In this document: positions 19,308 through 29,490 of the stretch, piece by piece
Position numbering within the stretch: the first letter of the stretch is position 1
Layout: every line of letters starts with the position of its first letter
Assembly (NCBI GenBank): GCA_963778555.1
Contig: CAVZUR010000004.1
Location: 308,151 to 372,150 of the forward strand
Source of the DNA: Candidatus Moraniibacteriota bacterium
Lineage (GTDB): Bacteria > Patescibacteriota > Minisyncoccia > Moranbacterales > UBA1568
DNA: 64,000 bases
Direction: 5' to 3'
Program-made: the position numbers and the translations under genes
Notes under the pieces: model-generated
Seen by the model: only the letters and a program-made list of their open reading frames with translations
Told to the model about the DNA's origin: nothing
The model's database searches: none

Positions 19308-20084
19308 TCATACGACAGTCAATACTTCCGCTCCCGATTGAGTAATGAGGACCGTATCCTCTGAATGCCCCGAGAGCTGCCCGTCGACCGTCACGAAGGT
19401 CCAACCATCTTTGGCCAGCTTCACGTGATGCGATCCACGATTCACCATCGGTTCGAGCGCCACCGTCATACCAGACGAAAAGCGGAAATCTGGCAAGCCG
19501 GAACCTGAATAATTCGGAATCTGCGGCTCTTCGTGAAGATCGTGCCCCACCCCATGTCCCACCAAATCGCGAACGCACGTGAATCCCGCGGACTGGACGA
19601 CCATCTCGACCGCGCTTGCGTAGTCCGCCAGCCTGGAGCCATCACGCAGAGTCTTGATACCTGCCTGGAGTGCCGCCTCGGTAATGTTTTGCAGCACAGT
19701 TGCTTCACGTGTTCCGGATCCGATAATCTTCATCCGGGCCATATCCGATACCATGCCAGCGTAGCGCATACCGATATCGATCTTGAGCAAGTCACCATCG
19801 ACCAAAATCCGTTTGTCATCAGGGATGCCATGGACTACCTCATTATTGAGCGAGAGGCACACTGCCGCAGGAAAGGGCGGAGCACCCCAGGCTTTCCCAT
19901 AGCCCTTGAATATCGGTTCGCCGCCCGCCGTTCGGATGAGTGTCTCCGCGAGACGGCCGAGCTCGCCGGTCGAAACACCAATCACCGCGGTTGTCAGAAG
20001 CTCTCGGACAATCCCCGCCAACAATCCCCCCGACTCACGGAGAGCCAAAATATCCGCCTCCGACTTTATCCATTGCTTGGGCAT
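19308..20084 (-). CDS. map: type I methionine aminopeptidase
   Basis: MPKQWIKSEADILALRESG...DIGMRYAGMVSDMARM...HGVGHDLHEEPQIPNY...EPMVN contains the metal ligands. The start lies 2 nt after the adk stop. Confidence 0.9.
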   Translation of the reverse strand: MPKQWIKSEADILALRESGGLLAGIVRELLTTAVIGVSTGELGRLAETLIRTAGGEPIFKGYGKAWGAPPFPAAVCLSLNNEVVHGIPDDKRILVDGDLLKIDIGMRYAGMVSDMARMKIIGSGTREATVLQNITEAALQAGIKTLRDGSRLADYASAVEMVVQSAGFTCVRDLVGHGVGHDLHEEPQIPNYSGSGLPDFRFSSGMTVALEPMVNRGSHHVKLAKDGWTFVTVDGQLSGHSEDTVLITQSGAEVLTVV

Positions 20085-20085
20085 A

Positions 20086-20748
20086 CTACTCGGGGCGAAC
20101 GTGTTCGAGGATATACTTAAATACTTTGTACGTTTCTTGATTGCCATCAACATGCAATAGCTGCCCGGTCGACTCAAAATATGTAACCACTGGGAAAGTT
20201 TCCTGATGGAATATCTGGTGACGCTTACGGACTCCTTCCTCTGTATCGTCCACGCGCTGGGAAATTCGGCTGCCACAATAACGACAAGGTCTGTCGCTAT
20301 CGATCAGGTTCTTGCCGAGGATATAGGCACGCTTGCAGCCTTCACACGCATAGCGCTTCGAGATACGGTCAACCGAGACAGCTTCCGGTACATCGATGAA
20401 TATGACTTTGTTCAGCGTCCGGCCCGTATCTTTCAAGATTTCGAGGACCTTCTCAATCTGGCTCTCCCGGCGCGGAATGCCATCGATCAGTAGACCGACA
20501 GTTTCTGGAACGGAACGGACAGCATTGTCGAGCACCGAAAACACAATGTCATCTGGGACAAATTCGTGTTTCACATTGATGACATCATTCACTCGACGAC
20601 CGAGATCCGTGTCGTGAGCCGCCACCGCACGGAGCTCAGCTCCCATATCGATATGGGCCAGATGCAGCGAACTTTTAAGCAATTCAGCTTGGGTGGTTTT
20701 TCCGCTGCCTGCGGAGCCGAGGAGTATGTAGGTGTCTTTCAATGGCAT
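20086..20748 (-). CDS. adk: adenylate kinase (long form with a Cys4 zinc lid)
   Basis: GSAGSGKTTQAELL, and a lid region with CEGC...CRYCGS. Confidence 0.9.
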   Translation of the reverse strand: MPLKDTYILLGSAGSGKTTQAELLKSSLHLAHIDMGAELRAVAAHDTDLGRRVNDVINVKHEFVPDDIVFSVLDNAVRSVPETVGLLIDGIPRRESQIEKVLEILKDTGRTLNKVIFIDVPEAVSVDRISKRYACEGCKRAYILGKNLIDSDRPCRYCGSRISQRVDDTEEGVRKRHQIFHQETFPVVTYFESTGQLLHVDGNQETYKVFKYILEHVRPE

Positions 20749-20982
20749 ATTAGAAATGGATGGGGATTACTTTATTAGCCGGTATAAACAAGGGAGGAAT
20801 CGTGAGGGTTTGTGAGTTTCGATGAAATATGAGGAAAGTCTGAGTACTGGAATGAAATGGTTTGGTAATTATTGGTTTTTGTGACTAGTTCGAGGAGTTC
20901 GTGAGGAACGGAGAAAGCTGTATTCGGAATACAGCGTCGAGTACCAGAAAGAACGACAAAGAAGTGGGCCAAAAACAAATAA

Positions 20983-22257
20983 TTACAACCCTTCGTAGCT
21001 CCGCATCATGAGCTGGCTTTGAATATGCTTCACCAGTTCGAGCACAACTGAAACGACAATGAGGATGCTGACACCGCCAATTGAGAGGGCTTGAATGCCG
21101 GTCATCCCCTGCACCGCGATCGGCAGCACCGCGATGGCTCCCAGAAAGAGCGCACCGGTCAATGTGATTCGGGTGATAATGTGATGGAGATATTCAGCCG
21201 TCGACATGCCAGGACGGATACCAGGCACATAGCCGCCCTGCTTTTGGAGGTTTTCAGAGATCTTCACCGGATCGAATACGACAGCCGTATAGAAATACGT
21301 AAACAAGACCACCAGGACAAAGTAGGCGATGCCATAGACCCACTGATTCTGCAGGAACGTCGCGACAGAGATAGCGAGTTCAGCGATCCTTGCATTCGGC
21401 GAGGTGACAAAGTAGTTCGCTATCATAGTCGGGATGAGGATGAGCGAGACCGCGAAGATGATCGGGATAACGCCCGCTTGATTGACCCGCAGCGGCAGAT
21501 GCGTCGCCGAGCCGCCGTAGACACTCGAACCGCGTACTCGTTTCGCGTAGGCAATGGGGATAGTCCGCTGCCCTTCATTGATGAAGATGACGCCCGCGAT
21601 CGTAATCAGTCCCAGGGCGAGAAAAATGAGGTAGGTGAAGAATTGCGATGGGTCCCAGGTCGCAAAAAGCCGGGAAGCGCCGGTCGGCAATGCTCGCGAC
21701 AATACCGGCGAAGATCATCATCGAGACGCCGTTGCCCAGGCCTTTTTCCGTGATGAGCTCGCCGAGCCACATGAGAAAGATTGTGCCCGCCGTCGCCGAA
21801 AGGATGATGACAACTATAGTGAAGGGGGAGATCTCGGAAAGGATATTCTGTGAGCGCAGGAGTGAGATCATGCTGAAGGATTGGAGTGCCGCCAAGGGCA
21901 ACGGTCAGCCAGCGGGTCCACATGTTGAATTTCTGCCGACCCTGCTCACCTTCTTCCTTGTAGAGTTTCTCGAGCCTCGGGAAAATCGTCTGCATGAGCT
22001 GCATGATGATGCTCGCCGTGATATACGGCGCGACACCCAAGAAGCACGACGGAAATATTGGACAGTCCGCCGCCCGAAAAGATATTCAGAAGACCTAAAA
22101 GAGCATTATCCTCAAACAATCGCTTGAGCTGCAGAACATCGACGCCGGGCAGAGGGATATTGGCGGTCAAGCGATAGATGACAAGCAGACCCACAATGAA
22201 GAGAATCTTCTTGCGAAGATCGGGCGTCCGGAAGATTTGCGAGAAAATTTCAGTCAT
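20983..22257 (-). pseudogene. secY: preprotein translocase SecY, split across at least 4 reading frames (probably indel errors)
   Basis: The N-terminal segment (MTEIFSQIFRTPDLRKKILFIVGLLVIYRL), the middle segments ([16 protein letters not shown]...; ...[33 protein letters not shown]) and the C-terminal segment (...IPIAYAKRVRG..NYF) lie in ORFs 21946-22257, 21606-22040, 21575-21901 and 20983-21702. Confidence 0.8.
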
Positions 22258-22375
22258 ACGTCAAAAACATCCTCATTTTAGGCCAAAATTGCTGAAAGAG
22301 CAATGCGACAATCAGAGACAGAGTAAGAAAATAAAAAGGGGCTCCTGGGCCCCTTTTCCCAGTCAATATCAAGGA

Positions 22376-22826
22376 CTACTCTTCGATGGTCGAGCCGTTC
22401 GCCCGGAGGACTTCGGCGGCGCCCGTCGTCAATTCGATATCTTTACCGATGATAAGTTTCTTGGTCAGTTTCCCGGTATTGACGATTTTCACACCTGCGC
22501 GCCGGACGACTTTGCCGAAGATTTTCTTTTCAACAAAGGCATCGCGTGTAACCTTCTCACCGTCTTGGAAATGCTTCTCAAGACGATCCAGCGTGACGGT
22601 GAAAAGCTTCTGATAAACCGACTTGAACCCGCGGAGTTTTTTCATCCGCTCAACTAAAGAAGAGCGACCGCCCTCAAAGAGTGGGTCTTTTATTCTTTCC
22701 GTGAGCGCCCTGGCCCTTGGTACCACGGCCGGAAGTCGTACCGCGCTTGCCACCACGGCCGATGCGCTGAGTCTTCTTTCGCGGCTGCGAGTTTTAAATC
22801 ATGAATCTGCATAGGAATATTCTTAC
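22376..22826 (-). pseudogene. rplO: 50S ribosomal protein L15; two frameshifts at A-runs
   Basis: The start MQIHDLKLAAAKED is in frame a, then KTQRIGRGGKRGTTSGRGTKGQGAHGK is in frame c, then the 126-aa ORF (FEGGRSSLVERMKKLRGF...TTGAAEVLRANGSTIEE) is in frame b. Confidence 0.75.
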
Positions 22827-23395
22827 GCGGTGATTTCCTCTTTGACTTCAGCCTTGGCCTCCGGTGTTCGAGACTTCAGGTCTTCACTTCCTCGGGCCTA
22901 GTCCGGAGCTTCTGCAACGCGAGCACCGTCGCCTGAGCGACATTGAGATTATTCGAAGCTCCCGAGCGATTTCGCGATGATATCTTTCGCGCCCAAAAGG
23001 TCCATCACCGCCCGGACGGCGCCGCCAGCGATGAGTCCGCGGCCTGCAGTGGCCGGCTTCAGCAGCACCTTGGCGCTGCCGTACTTTGCCGTCACATCAT
23101 GGGCGATCGAACTGCCCGTCAACTGGATGGTGACCATGCTCTTTTTCGCCGCCTGGAAGGCTTTCTGTATCGCATCCGAGACATCACTGCCCTTGGCGAC
23201 TCCGACACCGACTTTTCCTTTGCGGTTGCCGATCACCAGAGTCGCGCGGAAACGGAAACGCCGACCACCCTTCACGACGCGCGTGACACGGGCCAGATTG
23301 AGCATTTTCTGATCATACTCCGGCCGCTCGCGCCGCGCGCCGCGCGGGCCGCCGCGCCGGGGTCGTCCGCCTTTCCATTGTTGATTGGTCGCCAT
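22815..23395 (-). CDS. rpsE: 30S ribosomal protein S5; the C-terminal ~25 aa are frameshifted
   Basis: An intact 148-aa ORF at 22949-23395 (RFRFRATLVIGNRKGKVGVGVAKG...GRGLIAGGAVRAVMDLLG). The C-terminus (NVAQATVLALQKLRTRPEEV / KSRTPEAKAEVKEEITA) lies in other frames. There is no L30 gene between S5 and L15. Confidence 0.75.
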
Positions 23396-23403
23396 AATCG
23401 ATT

Positions 23404-23776
23404 ACGTATTCAAAAATTGAAATCCCGATACCTGCGCCACGCACGCCTCCGCCAGCGCTTTCACTTTCCCGTGATACGCGTATCCGGACCGATCGAAAAC
23501 CGCCTTCTTCACACCGAGTTTCGACAGACGTTCAGCCAAGTAGCTTTCCCGCTTCACCGCCACCTCGACGGTGTACTTGCCTTTTTCCCGAGTTCGCGGG
23601 TATTCGCCTGCGCCAGAGTCCGGCCAGCCTGGTCGTCAATCGCTTGGACGGAGAGCATTCTGGAGACTGCGGAATACCGTCACGCGCGGACATTCAGCCG
23701 TACCCGCTACCTTGGAGCGGACTCTGGCGTGGCGCCTGGTGCGCTCGCTCAATCTTTCTTGTCATCTTCTTCATAG
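23404..23776 (-). pseudogene. rplR: 50S ribosomal protein L18, fragmented (several frameshifts)
   Basis: Translation gives MKKMTRKIERAHQ..., ...[25 protein letters not shown] and ...[38 protein letters not shown] in three frames. Confidence 0.65.
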
Positions 23777-23788
23777 GGTTCTTCTCAA

Positions 23789-24329
23789 TTAGGCAGCGGC
23801 TTTCTTGCCCTCCTTGCGCCGCACCTGCTCGCCGACATAACGGAAACCTTTTCCCTTATATGGCTCGACCGGCTTCAGTTTCTTCACCACCGCTGCGAAT
23901 TGACCGACTCGCTGCTTGTCGAGTCCGGAAATGGTCAGGATATTATTCTCTACCTTCACTTCGAGCCCGTCCGGCACCTCCATCGCAACCGGATGGGAAA
24001 AACCGAGCGCCATAGTAAGCTTCTTGCCCGCTGCGGCCATGCGGAAACCGACGCCATTGAGCTCAAGCGCGCGGGAAAATCCCACCGTTACTCCCTCGAA
24101 GAGATTGTTCACGAGTTTGGCGACCGTCCCCCACATAGCTAAAGCTCTGGAGCGAACTCCCTTTCTTCTCGACGAGGATCTGACCGTCAGCGATCGTAAT
24201 CGAGACATCGAGGCGTATGGGTCAAATGACAGCGTCCCTTTCGGGCCCTTGACGGTCAACACATTCGCATGGAGTGCGGCTTCGCAATGGCCGGGATCTG
24301 AAATGGTTTCTTTCCGATTCTGCTCATAA
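23789..24329 (-). pseudogene. rplF: 50S ribosomal protein L6, frameshifted near the N-terminus
   Basis: The N-terminus MSRIGKKPFQIPAIAKPH lies in ORF 24256-24474. The rest (VKGPKG...NNLFEGVTVGFSRALELNGVGFRM...GKGFRYVGEQVRRKEGKKAAA) is in the 188-aa ORF. Confidence 0.75.
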
Positions 24330-24749
24330 TCGTAGCGTTTACCAGGCTCTGGCAAATATACTCCCCTCCCAAGCGGCGCTTGTGCGCTTCAAGTCCGGTC
24401 ATGAGACCCTGGGAAGTCGAGATGATGGAGATCCCGTAGCCGTTCTTCACCTTGACGACCTCATTCTTTTTCACATAGATGCGGCGACCTTCCTTGCTGA
24501 TGCGCTCGAGCTCCTGAATCGCTGGCTCGCGTCTTGGTGAGCGAGACCTGGCGGTATTTCAAGCCGATCTGAAGGATCCTTCTTGACGCCATCTTCGATC
24601 GATTCGACATCTCCCGACGAATCCCTCTCGTTTAAGGATCTCGGCGATCGCGAGCTTCGTGCGGGCAAGCCTGGAAGACGCACGCTGCCATGGCCGGCGC
24701 GCTGAGCGTTCCTGATTCGAGTGAGCATTTCTGCGATTGGGTCTAACAT
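24330..24749 (-). pseudogene. rpsH: 30S ribosomal protein S8, frameshifted; the C-terminus runs in frame into the L6 start with no stop
   Basis: The N-terminus MLDPIAEMLTRIRNAQRAGH is in ORF 24471-24749. The C-terminus ...ISIISTSQGLMTGLEAHKRRLGGEYIC is in ORF 24256-24474. Confidence 0.7.
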
Positions 24750-24771
24750 ACTCTGGTGATGTTATTGAAGC

Positions 24772-24960
24772 GATTCTCGGAATTACCAGGAGGCTTTCTT
24801 GACTCCAGGAATCTCACCTTTGTTGGCAAGTTCGCGGAAGCAGATGCGACAGATGTCGTGACTCGCGCAGATACCCGTGTTTCCGACCGCATCTCCAGCA
24901 CCGCCGCACGATCCGGGTCGAAAATTTCGGCGTTTTCAGCGAACGGGCGTAGGTCGATGT
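24772..24960 (-). pseudogene. rpsZ: 30S ribosomal protein S14 type Z (zinc-ribbon form), partly frameshifted
   Basis: A frame ending ...[32 protein letters not shown] gives the canonical type-Z C-terminus. The upstream part sits in the 178-aa ORF frame. Confidence 0.65.
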
Positions 24961-25558
24961 CTTGGCCATATGGTTTTCGAAGTTTAGTTTTCATTCTATT
25001 TTCATGCCGCTTGATCTGCAGCGGGAGACCGAGTGGCACGGAACAGGCTTCGCCCTCCGCCTTGTTTTTCGCCGTCGTGACGATGTTCACCTGGAAACTG
25101 AACATGTGCTGCACTTTTTCCGGGACAATTTCCGGAAACACCATATGCTCCTTGATGCCGATGATTGCAGTTGCCTCCCTGATCGACTGATCGCTGCTCG
25201 GTAATCCCCTGAAAATCCCGTACACGCGGCAACGCCACATGGAGCAGCCGATCCAGAAAATCCCACATCCGCTTGCCATGCAGCGTCACGCGCATCCCGA
25301 CTTCCAGCTCCTTCGCGGGTCTTGAATCCGGCGATGGCCTTGCGAGCCTTGGTCGGAGCACTTTCTGTCCGGTAATCGTCTCCGAGCGCCGATCGGATCT
25401 CTTCCACTCGTTTCGTCTCCTTCAGAACCTTGCCGATGCCGACATTCACGACGATCGTTCCGATACTGCGGCACAGCCATCGGATTCTTGATACCAGAAG
25501 TTCTTCTAGAGGGCGGGAACGGCTTTTTCGATAGTTTTTCTTGGTGAGCGGATGTTCA
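24960..25558 (-). pseudogene. rplE: 50S ribosomal protein L5, fragmented across at least 4 frames
   Basis: Pieces read MNIRSPRKTIEKAVPAL; [25 protein letters not shown]...[13 protein letters not shown]; [36 protein letters not shown]; ...[19 protein letters not shown]. Confidence 0.7.
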
Positions 25559-25559
25559 T

Positions 25560-25878
25560 AGGAGATCTTCTCTAGTTAGGTCTTTGCCCGGATTTCTTAC
25601 TGACACGGATTTTCTCGGTACCCTCGATCGATATCCGATCCGGATCGGCTTGCCGGTATGCGGATCAACGAGCATCACATTCGAGACATGGATCGGCCTC
25701 CTATCTCGATCCGCTCGGCCTTTCTCGCCAGCCGTCTGGAACGCGACGTGACGCTTCCCCATATTCGCACCTTCACCGCAACCTTGTCGAGTTCGGAAAA
25801 ACATGAAGCACCTCTCCCCGTTTTCCGCGGTCCTTGCCGGCGATCGATTTGTACCTGGTCGCCTTTCTTGATCTTCAT
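25560..25878 (-). pseudogene. rplX: 50S ribosomal protein L24, frameshifted
   Basis: The N-terminus MKIKKGDQVQIDRRQGPRKTGRG is in ORF 25675-25914. The C-terminus RPIHVSNVMLVDPHTGKPIRIGYR is in ORF 25556-25804. Confidence 0.7.
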
Positions 25879-25885
25879 AGCGTCT

Positions 25886-26260
25886 TTACAGGACTTCCGG
25901 AGCGAGCGAAACAATCTTGGCGAATCCCTTTTCCCGCAGTTCCCGCGCTACCGGGCCGAAAATACGCGAGCCCTTCGGATCCTGCGTTGGCATCGAGGAT
26001 GACCGCGGCGTTCTCATCGAAACGGATATAGGAGTTGTCTTTGCGGCGATGCGCCTTGACTCTGACGGACGATGACGGCCTTCACTTTGTCGCCTTTCTT
26101 AACGAGACCGCGCGGCTCCGCTGACTTCACCGAAGCCACGACGATATCGCCCAGACTCGGCATAGCGGCGGCGTGTCCCGCCGAGCACCTTGAAGCACTC
26201 GATGACTCTTCGCACCGCTAGTTGTCAGCGACTATCAGATCTGGATTCTGCTTGGATCAT
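25886..26260 (-). pseudogene. rplN: 50S ribosomal protein L14, frameshifted
   Basis: Reverse-strand translation reads MIQAESR.../[49 protein letters not shown]/...[26 protein letters not shown] across three frames. Confidence 0.7.
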
Positions 26261-26281
26261 ATGTCTTGTCTGGTCGGACAT

Positions 26282-26544
26282 TTATTCAACGACGACGATG
26301 TGGTGTTTCTCATTGCTCAACGGGCCGGCATTCCGGAAAGTGACGGTCTCACCAAGTGCGTATTCCTTGCCGTTCGTTTCTACTTTATACCGTTTCGTCG
26401 CCTGGTACTGTTTTTTGTATTTCGGGTGCGTCTTAAGGTTTCGACAGCGACGACGATCGTATTTTTCATCCGGTTCGCACACCACGACACCCTTCCGGGT
26501 CGGAGCGCTCGATGTTTCGTTCGCTGTTGTCGGTGCTCTGTCAT
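26282..26544 (-). pseudogene. rpsQ: 30S ribosomal protein S17, frameshifted
   Basis: The N-terminus MTEHRQQRTKHRALRPGRVSWCANRMKNTIVVAVE is in ORF 26380-26565. The C-terminus LKTHPKYKKQYQATKRYKVETNGKEYALGETVTFRNAGPLSNEKHHIVVVE is in ORF 26282-26485. Confidence 0.7.
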
Positions 26545-26574
26545 AACTTCTTGGATTACATTCATCGGTGCTTA

Positions 26575-26766
26575 ACTCACTCGATCCCTGCTTCGCGCTT
26601 GAGCGTCATGAGCCGGGCGATGTCCGCCTTGTCTTCCGATACTCGCTATGCTGCTTCGAATCGCGGGTCGCGAGATCGAAACGGAGCGTTCGAATCTGGT
26701 CACGGAGCTCGACGAGAGTCTTCTCTCGCTCACCGACTGATTTTTCCCGCCATTCTTTCGCTTTCA
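26575..26766 (-). pseudogene. rpmC: 50S ribosomal protein L29, one frameshift
   Basis: [42 protein letters not shown], then after a frame change ...EDKADIARLMTLKREAGIE*. Confidence 0.6.
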
Positions 26767-27194
26767 TACTGACTTATTCTTTGACGACAAACTCGACTCT
26801 TCACGGACAACTTGTGCGCGGCCAGCCGCATCGCTTCCGCCGCGGTCGCTTTCGGAACACCATCGAGCTCGAACAGCATGCGCCCCGCTGAAACTTTGGC
26901 AGCGAAGTGATCGGGCGTGCCCTTGCCTTTGCCCATCGGGGTCTGCTCCCCCTTCTTGGTCATCGGGGTATCGGGAAAAATGCGGATCCAAACCTTGCCG
27001 CCACGCAGCAATGAACCGGGTCATGGCCCGCCGGGCGGCCTCGATCTGTCGCGCTGAGATGATTCCACCCTCAGTTGCCTTCAGGCCAAAGGCGCCAAAG
27101 CTAATTTTATCGCCGCGCGACGCCGGACTGTCCCGACGGGATTGTATCCCCGTTGGACTTTGCGATGCTTGACTTTTCTTGGCATGAGGTTCAT
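26730..27194 (-). pseudogene. rplP: 50S ribosomal protein L16, at least 3 frameshifts; its start ([16 protein letters not shown]) lies in frame inside the S3 ORF
   Basis: Segments read ...[13 protein letters not shown], ...[15 protein letters not shown] and ...[65 protein letters not shown]. Confidence 0.7.
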
Positions 27195-27866
27195 AGCAAT
27201 CTCTTTATTCGGCTTCGGTTTTTCTTCAAATTTCTCGCCTTTGTAAATCCAAACTTTCACACCGATGACGCCATAGGTCGTCTTCGCTTCATAGCGGGCG
27301 AAATCGACATCGGACCGCAGCGTATGGAGCGGGATTTTTCCGCGCGACAGCCATTCGCGACGGGACATCTCGGCGCCACCCAAGCGACCAGCAATCTCGA
27401 TTTTCACGCCAAGGATAGACTTGTTTGCTTCTACCTGGTCAAGCGTACCTTTCAGCACGCGACGGAACGGAGTGCGCTTCTCAAGCTGTTCGGCGACTTG
27501 CTGGGCGACCAGCATCGCACTCTCTTCCAGATGCTTCACCTCTTGGACTTCAACCTTGAGATCGACTTTCTTTCCGGCGAAAAAACGCTTCTTCAACGCG
27601 CGGGTCAGATCCTCGATACCGGTCCCACCCCGGCCGATGAGAACCCCAGGGCGCGAAGTCCGAATGATAAGCCGCATCATGCCCGTCGAACGCTCAATCT
27701 CGACATTAGCGATGGCTGCACTCTTCCACTGACTCTGGATGAATGTGCGCATTTCAACGTCTTTGCGAAGATTGCTGCGCAATGTCTTCCCCACAGCGAA
27801 CCAGCGCGACTGCCAGTCAGCCGTGATCCCGAGTCGGATTCCTACTGGATGAGTCTTATTTCCCAT
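27081..27866 (-). CDS. rpsC: 30S ribosomal protein S3 (its ORF runs through into the L16 N-terminus; the real S3 C-terminus is near 27195)
   Basis: [14 protein letters not shown]...KH domain...[31 protein letters not shown]...[10 protein letters not shown]. The first 224 aa are S3. Confidence 0.85.
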   Translation of the reverse strand: MGNKTHPVGIRLGITADWQSRWFAVGKTLRSNLRKDVEMRTFIQSQWKSAAIANVEIERSTGMMRLIIRTSRPGVLIGRGGTGIEDLTRALKKRFFAGKKVDLKVEVQEVKHLEESAMLVAQQVAEQLEKRTPFRRVLKGTLDQVEANKSILGVKIEIAGRLGGAEMSRREWLSRGKIPLHTLRSDVDFARYEAKTTYGVIGVKVWIYKGEKFEEKPKPNKEIAMNLMPRKVKHRKVQRGYNPVGTVRRRAAIKLALAPLA

Positions 27867-27867
27867 A

Positions 27868-28305
27868 CTATTTTTTGAGTTCGTGTAATTCAGGCTTTTT
27901 ATCAGCTGATTTTGTCATTTCCGACTGCGGTGTAATGCTCTTTTTTTCACTGGTCTTCGCTGTCGATCTCACTGCCCGTTCATCGAGAACAATCTGCACC
28001 TGCGATGTGCGACGCAAGAGCGGCGTTGCCTGGCCAAAAGCTTTCGGGGTGAAGCGTTTGAGCCGGACGCCATCGAGTACCCGCACCTCTTTAACGAACA
28101 GTGTCTCCTCAGCAAGTTTGAAGTTGTTCTTCGCATTCGCAATCGCGCTCTTCAAAAGGACAGTAATCGGGGACGAGCTGCGTTTCACCTGACGACGCAG
28201 CTGCACCAGCGCAGCCGCCACACCCAGGCCCACGATACTGTGGGTCACCAATCGCACCTTGCGGGGAGCGATGCGCAGATTTTTCAGGGTCGCTTCAACG
28301 CGCAT
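27868..28305 (-). CDS. rplV: 50S ribosomal protein L22 with a C-terminal extension
   Basis: MRVEATLKNLRIAPRKVRLV...IANAKNN...LFVKEVRVLDGVRLKRFTPKAFGQATPLLRRTSQVQIVL. Confidence 0.85.
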   Translation of the reverse strand: MRVEATLKNLRIAPRKVRLVTHSIVGLGVAAALVQLRRQVKRSSSPITVLLKSAIANAKNNFKLAEETLFVKEVRVLDGVRLKRFTPKAFGQATPLLRRTSQVQIVLDERAVRSTAKTSEKKSITPQSEMTKSADKKPELHELKK

Positions 28306-28316
28306 ACGAGAGTTAG

Positions 28317-28652
28317 TTATTTGCTATCGGGAGACTTGGCGGCTTTCGCGGCATCGAGTTCGCGCTGCTTCGTTGCGAGCTCGATTTCCTTCTGCATTTT
28401 TCCGCCATGACGGGTGAATTTCCGCGTCAGCGAAAACTCGCCCAACCGATGGCCAACCATTTCCTCGGTCGCGAGCACCGAGACGAAATCCTTGCCGTTG
28501 TGCACGCCAAAGGTGAACCCTACCATCTCGGGCGCGATGACGCAAGCGCGCGACCAGGTCTTGATGACCGTTCGATCGCCGTGCTTCCGGCCCTCGAGCT
28601 TCTTCAGTACTCGTGGGTCGACGTATGGTCCTTTTTTGAGACTGCGTGACAT
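28317..28652 (-). CDS. rpsS: 30S ribosomal protein S19
   Basis: [18 protein letters not shown]...[35 protein letters not shown]. Confidence 0.9.
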   Translation of the reverse strand: MSRSLKKGPYVDPRVLKKLEGRKHGDRTVIKTWSRACVIAPEMVGFTFGVHNGKDFVSVLATEEMVGHRLGEFSLTRKFTRHGGKMQKEIELATKQRELDAAKAAKSPDSK

Positions 28653-28658
28653 AGGATT

Positions 28659-29486
28659 TTACTTCTTATTGCGGCGGCGGATGATGTATTGATTGGTGCG
28701 GTGCTTCCGTTTACGGGTCTTTTTGCCGAGCGCGGCCTTGCCCCATGGTGTTTTCGGATGCATCCCGAGCGGCTGCCGACCCTCACCGCCACCATGCGGA
28801 TGGTCGACTGGGTTCATAGCGGTACCTCGGACCGTTGGCCGACGATTCATATGGCGTGCCCGTCCCGCTTTGCCGATACGCTCCGCGCTGTGTTCGAAAT
28901 TAGAAACCTGGCCAATCGTGGCGTAGCAGTCCTTTGGGACAAGACGGACCTCGCTCGAAGAGAGTTTCACCTGCGCCATCGGTCCGTCAAGCGCCATCAG
29001 GGTCGCTTGGGAACCGGCGCTGCGAACAATTTGGCCGCCTTTGCCGCGTTGCATCTCGATATTGCAGATTGTCGTACCCGCCGGAATATTGGAAAGCAGG
29101 AGACGGTTTCCCGAAGCGACCGGTGCTTCCGGTCCAGACAGAACCGTTTGCCCGGCACGCATTTCATGCGTCGCGAGGATATAGCGTTTCTCGCCGTCGC
29201 GATAAATGAGAAGGGCAATCAAAGCAGAGCGGTTCGGATCCTTCTCAATCGAAGCGATCTTGGCAGGAATGCCATGCTTGTCTTGCTTAAAATCGACCAG
29301 ACGATAGCGGCGCTTGGCCCCGCCACCCTGATGCCGGACGGAAATCTTTCCGAGTGAGCGGCCAGCCTTCTTCGGCAACGGAGCTAGCAGTGCTTTCTCC
29401 GGCTTCTTGTCGGTTAGAGCGTCCGGCTTCACGACTGACATGAAGCGGCGACCGGCGTTATTCTTTTTGTAGATCTTGATGGCCAT
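28659..29486 (-). CDS. rplB: 50S ribosomal protein L2
   Basis: [14 protein letters not shown]...[28 protein letters not shown]. The ORF extends to 29525; start chosen at MAIKIY. Confidence 0.9.
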   Translation of the reverse strand: [275 protein letters not shown]

Positions 29487-29490
29487 AGTC

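Noticed and set aside
20775-20978. 67-aa ORF in the AT-rich secY-adk spacer
   Set aside because: It has no RBS or promoter logic inside the operon, the composition is AT-rich, and nothing is recognisable. I treated it as non-coding spacer.
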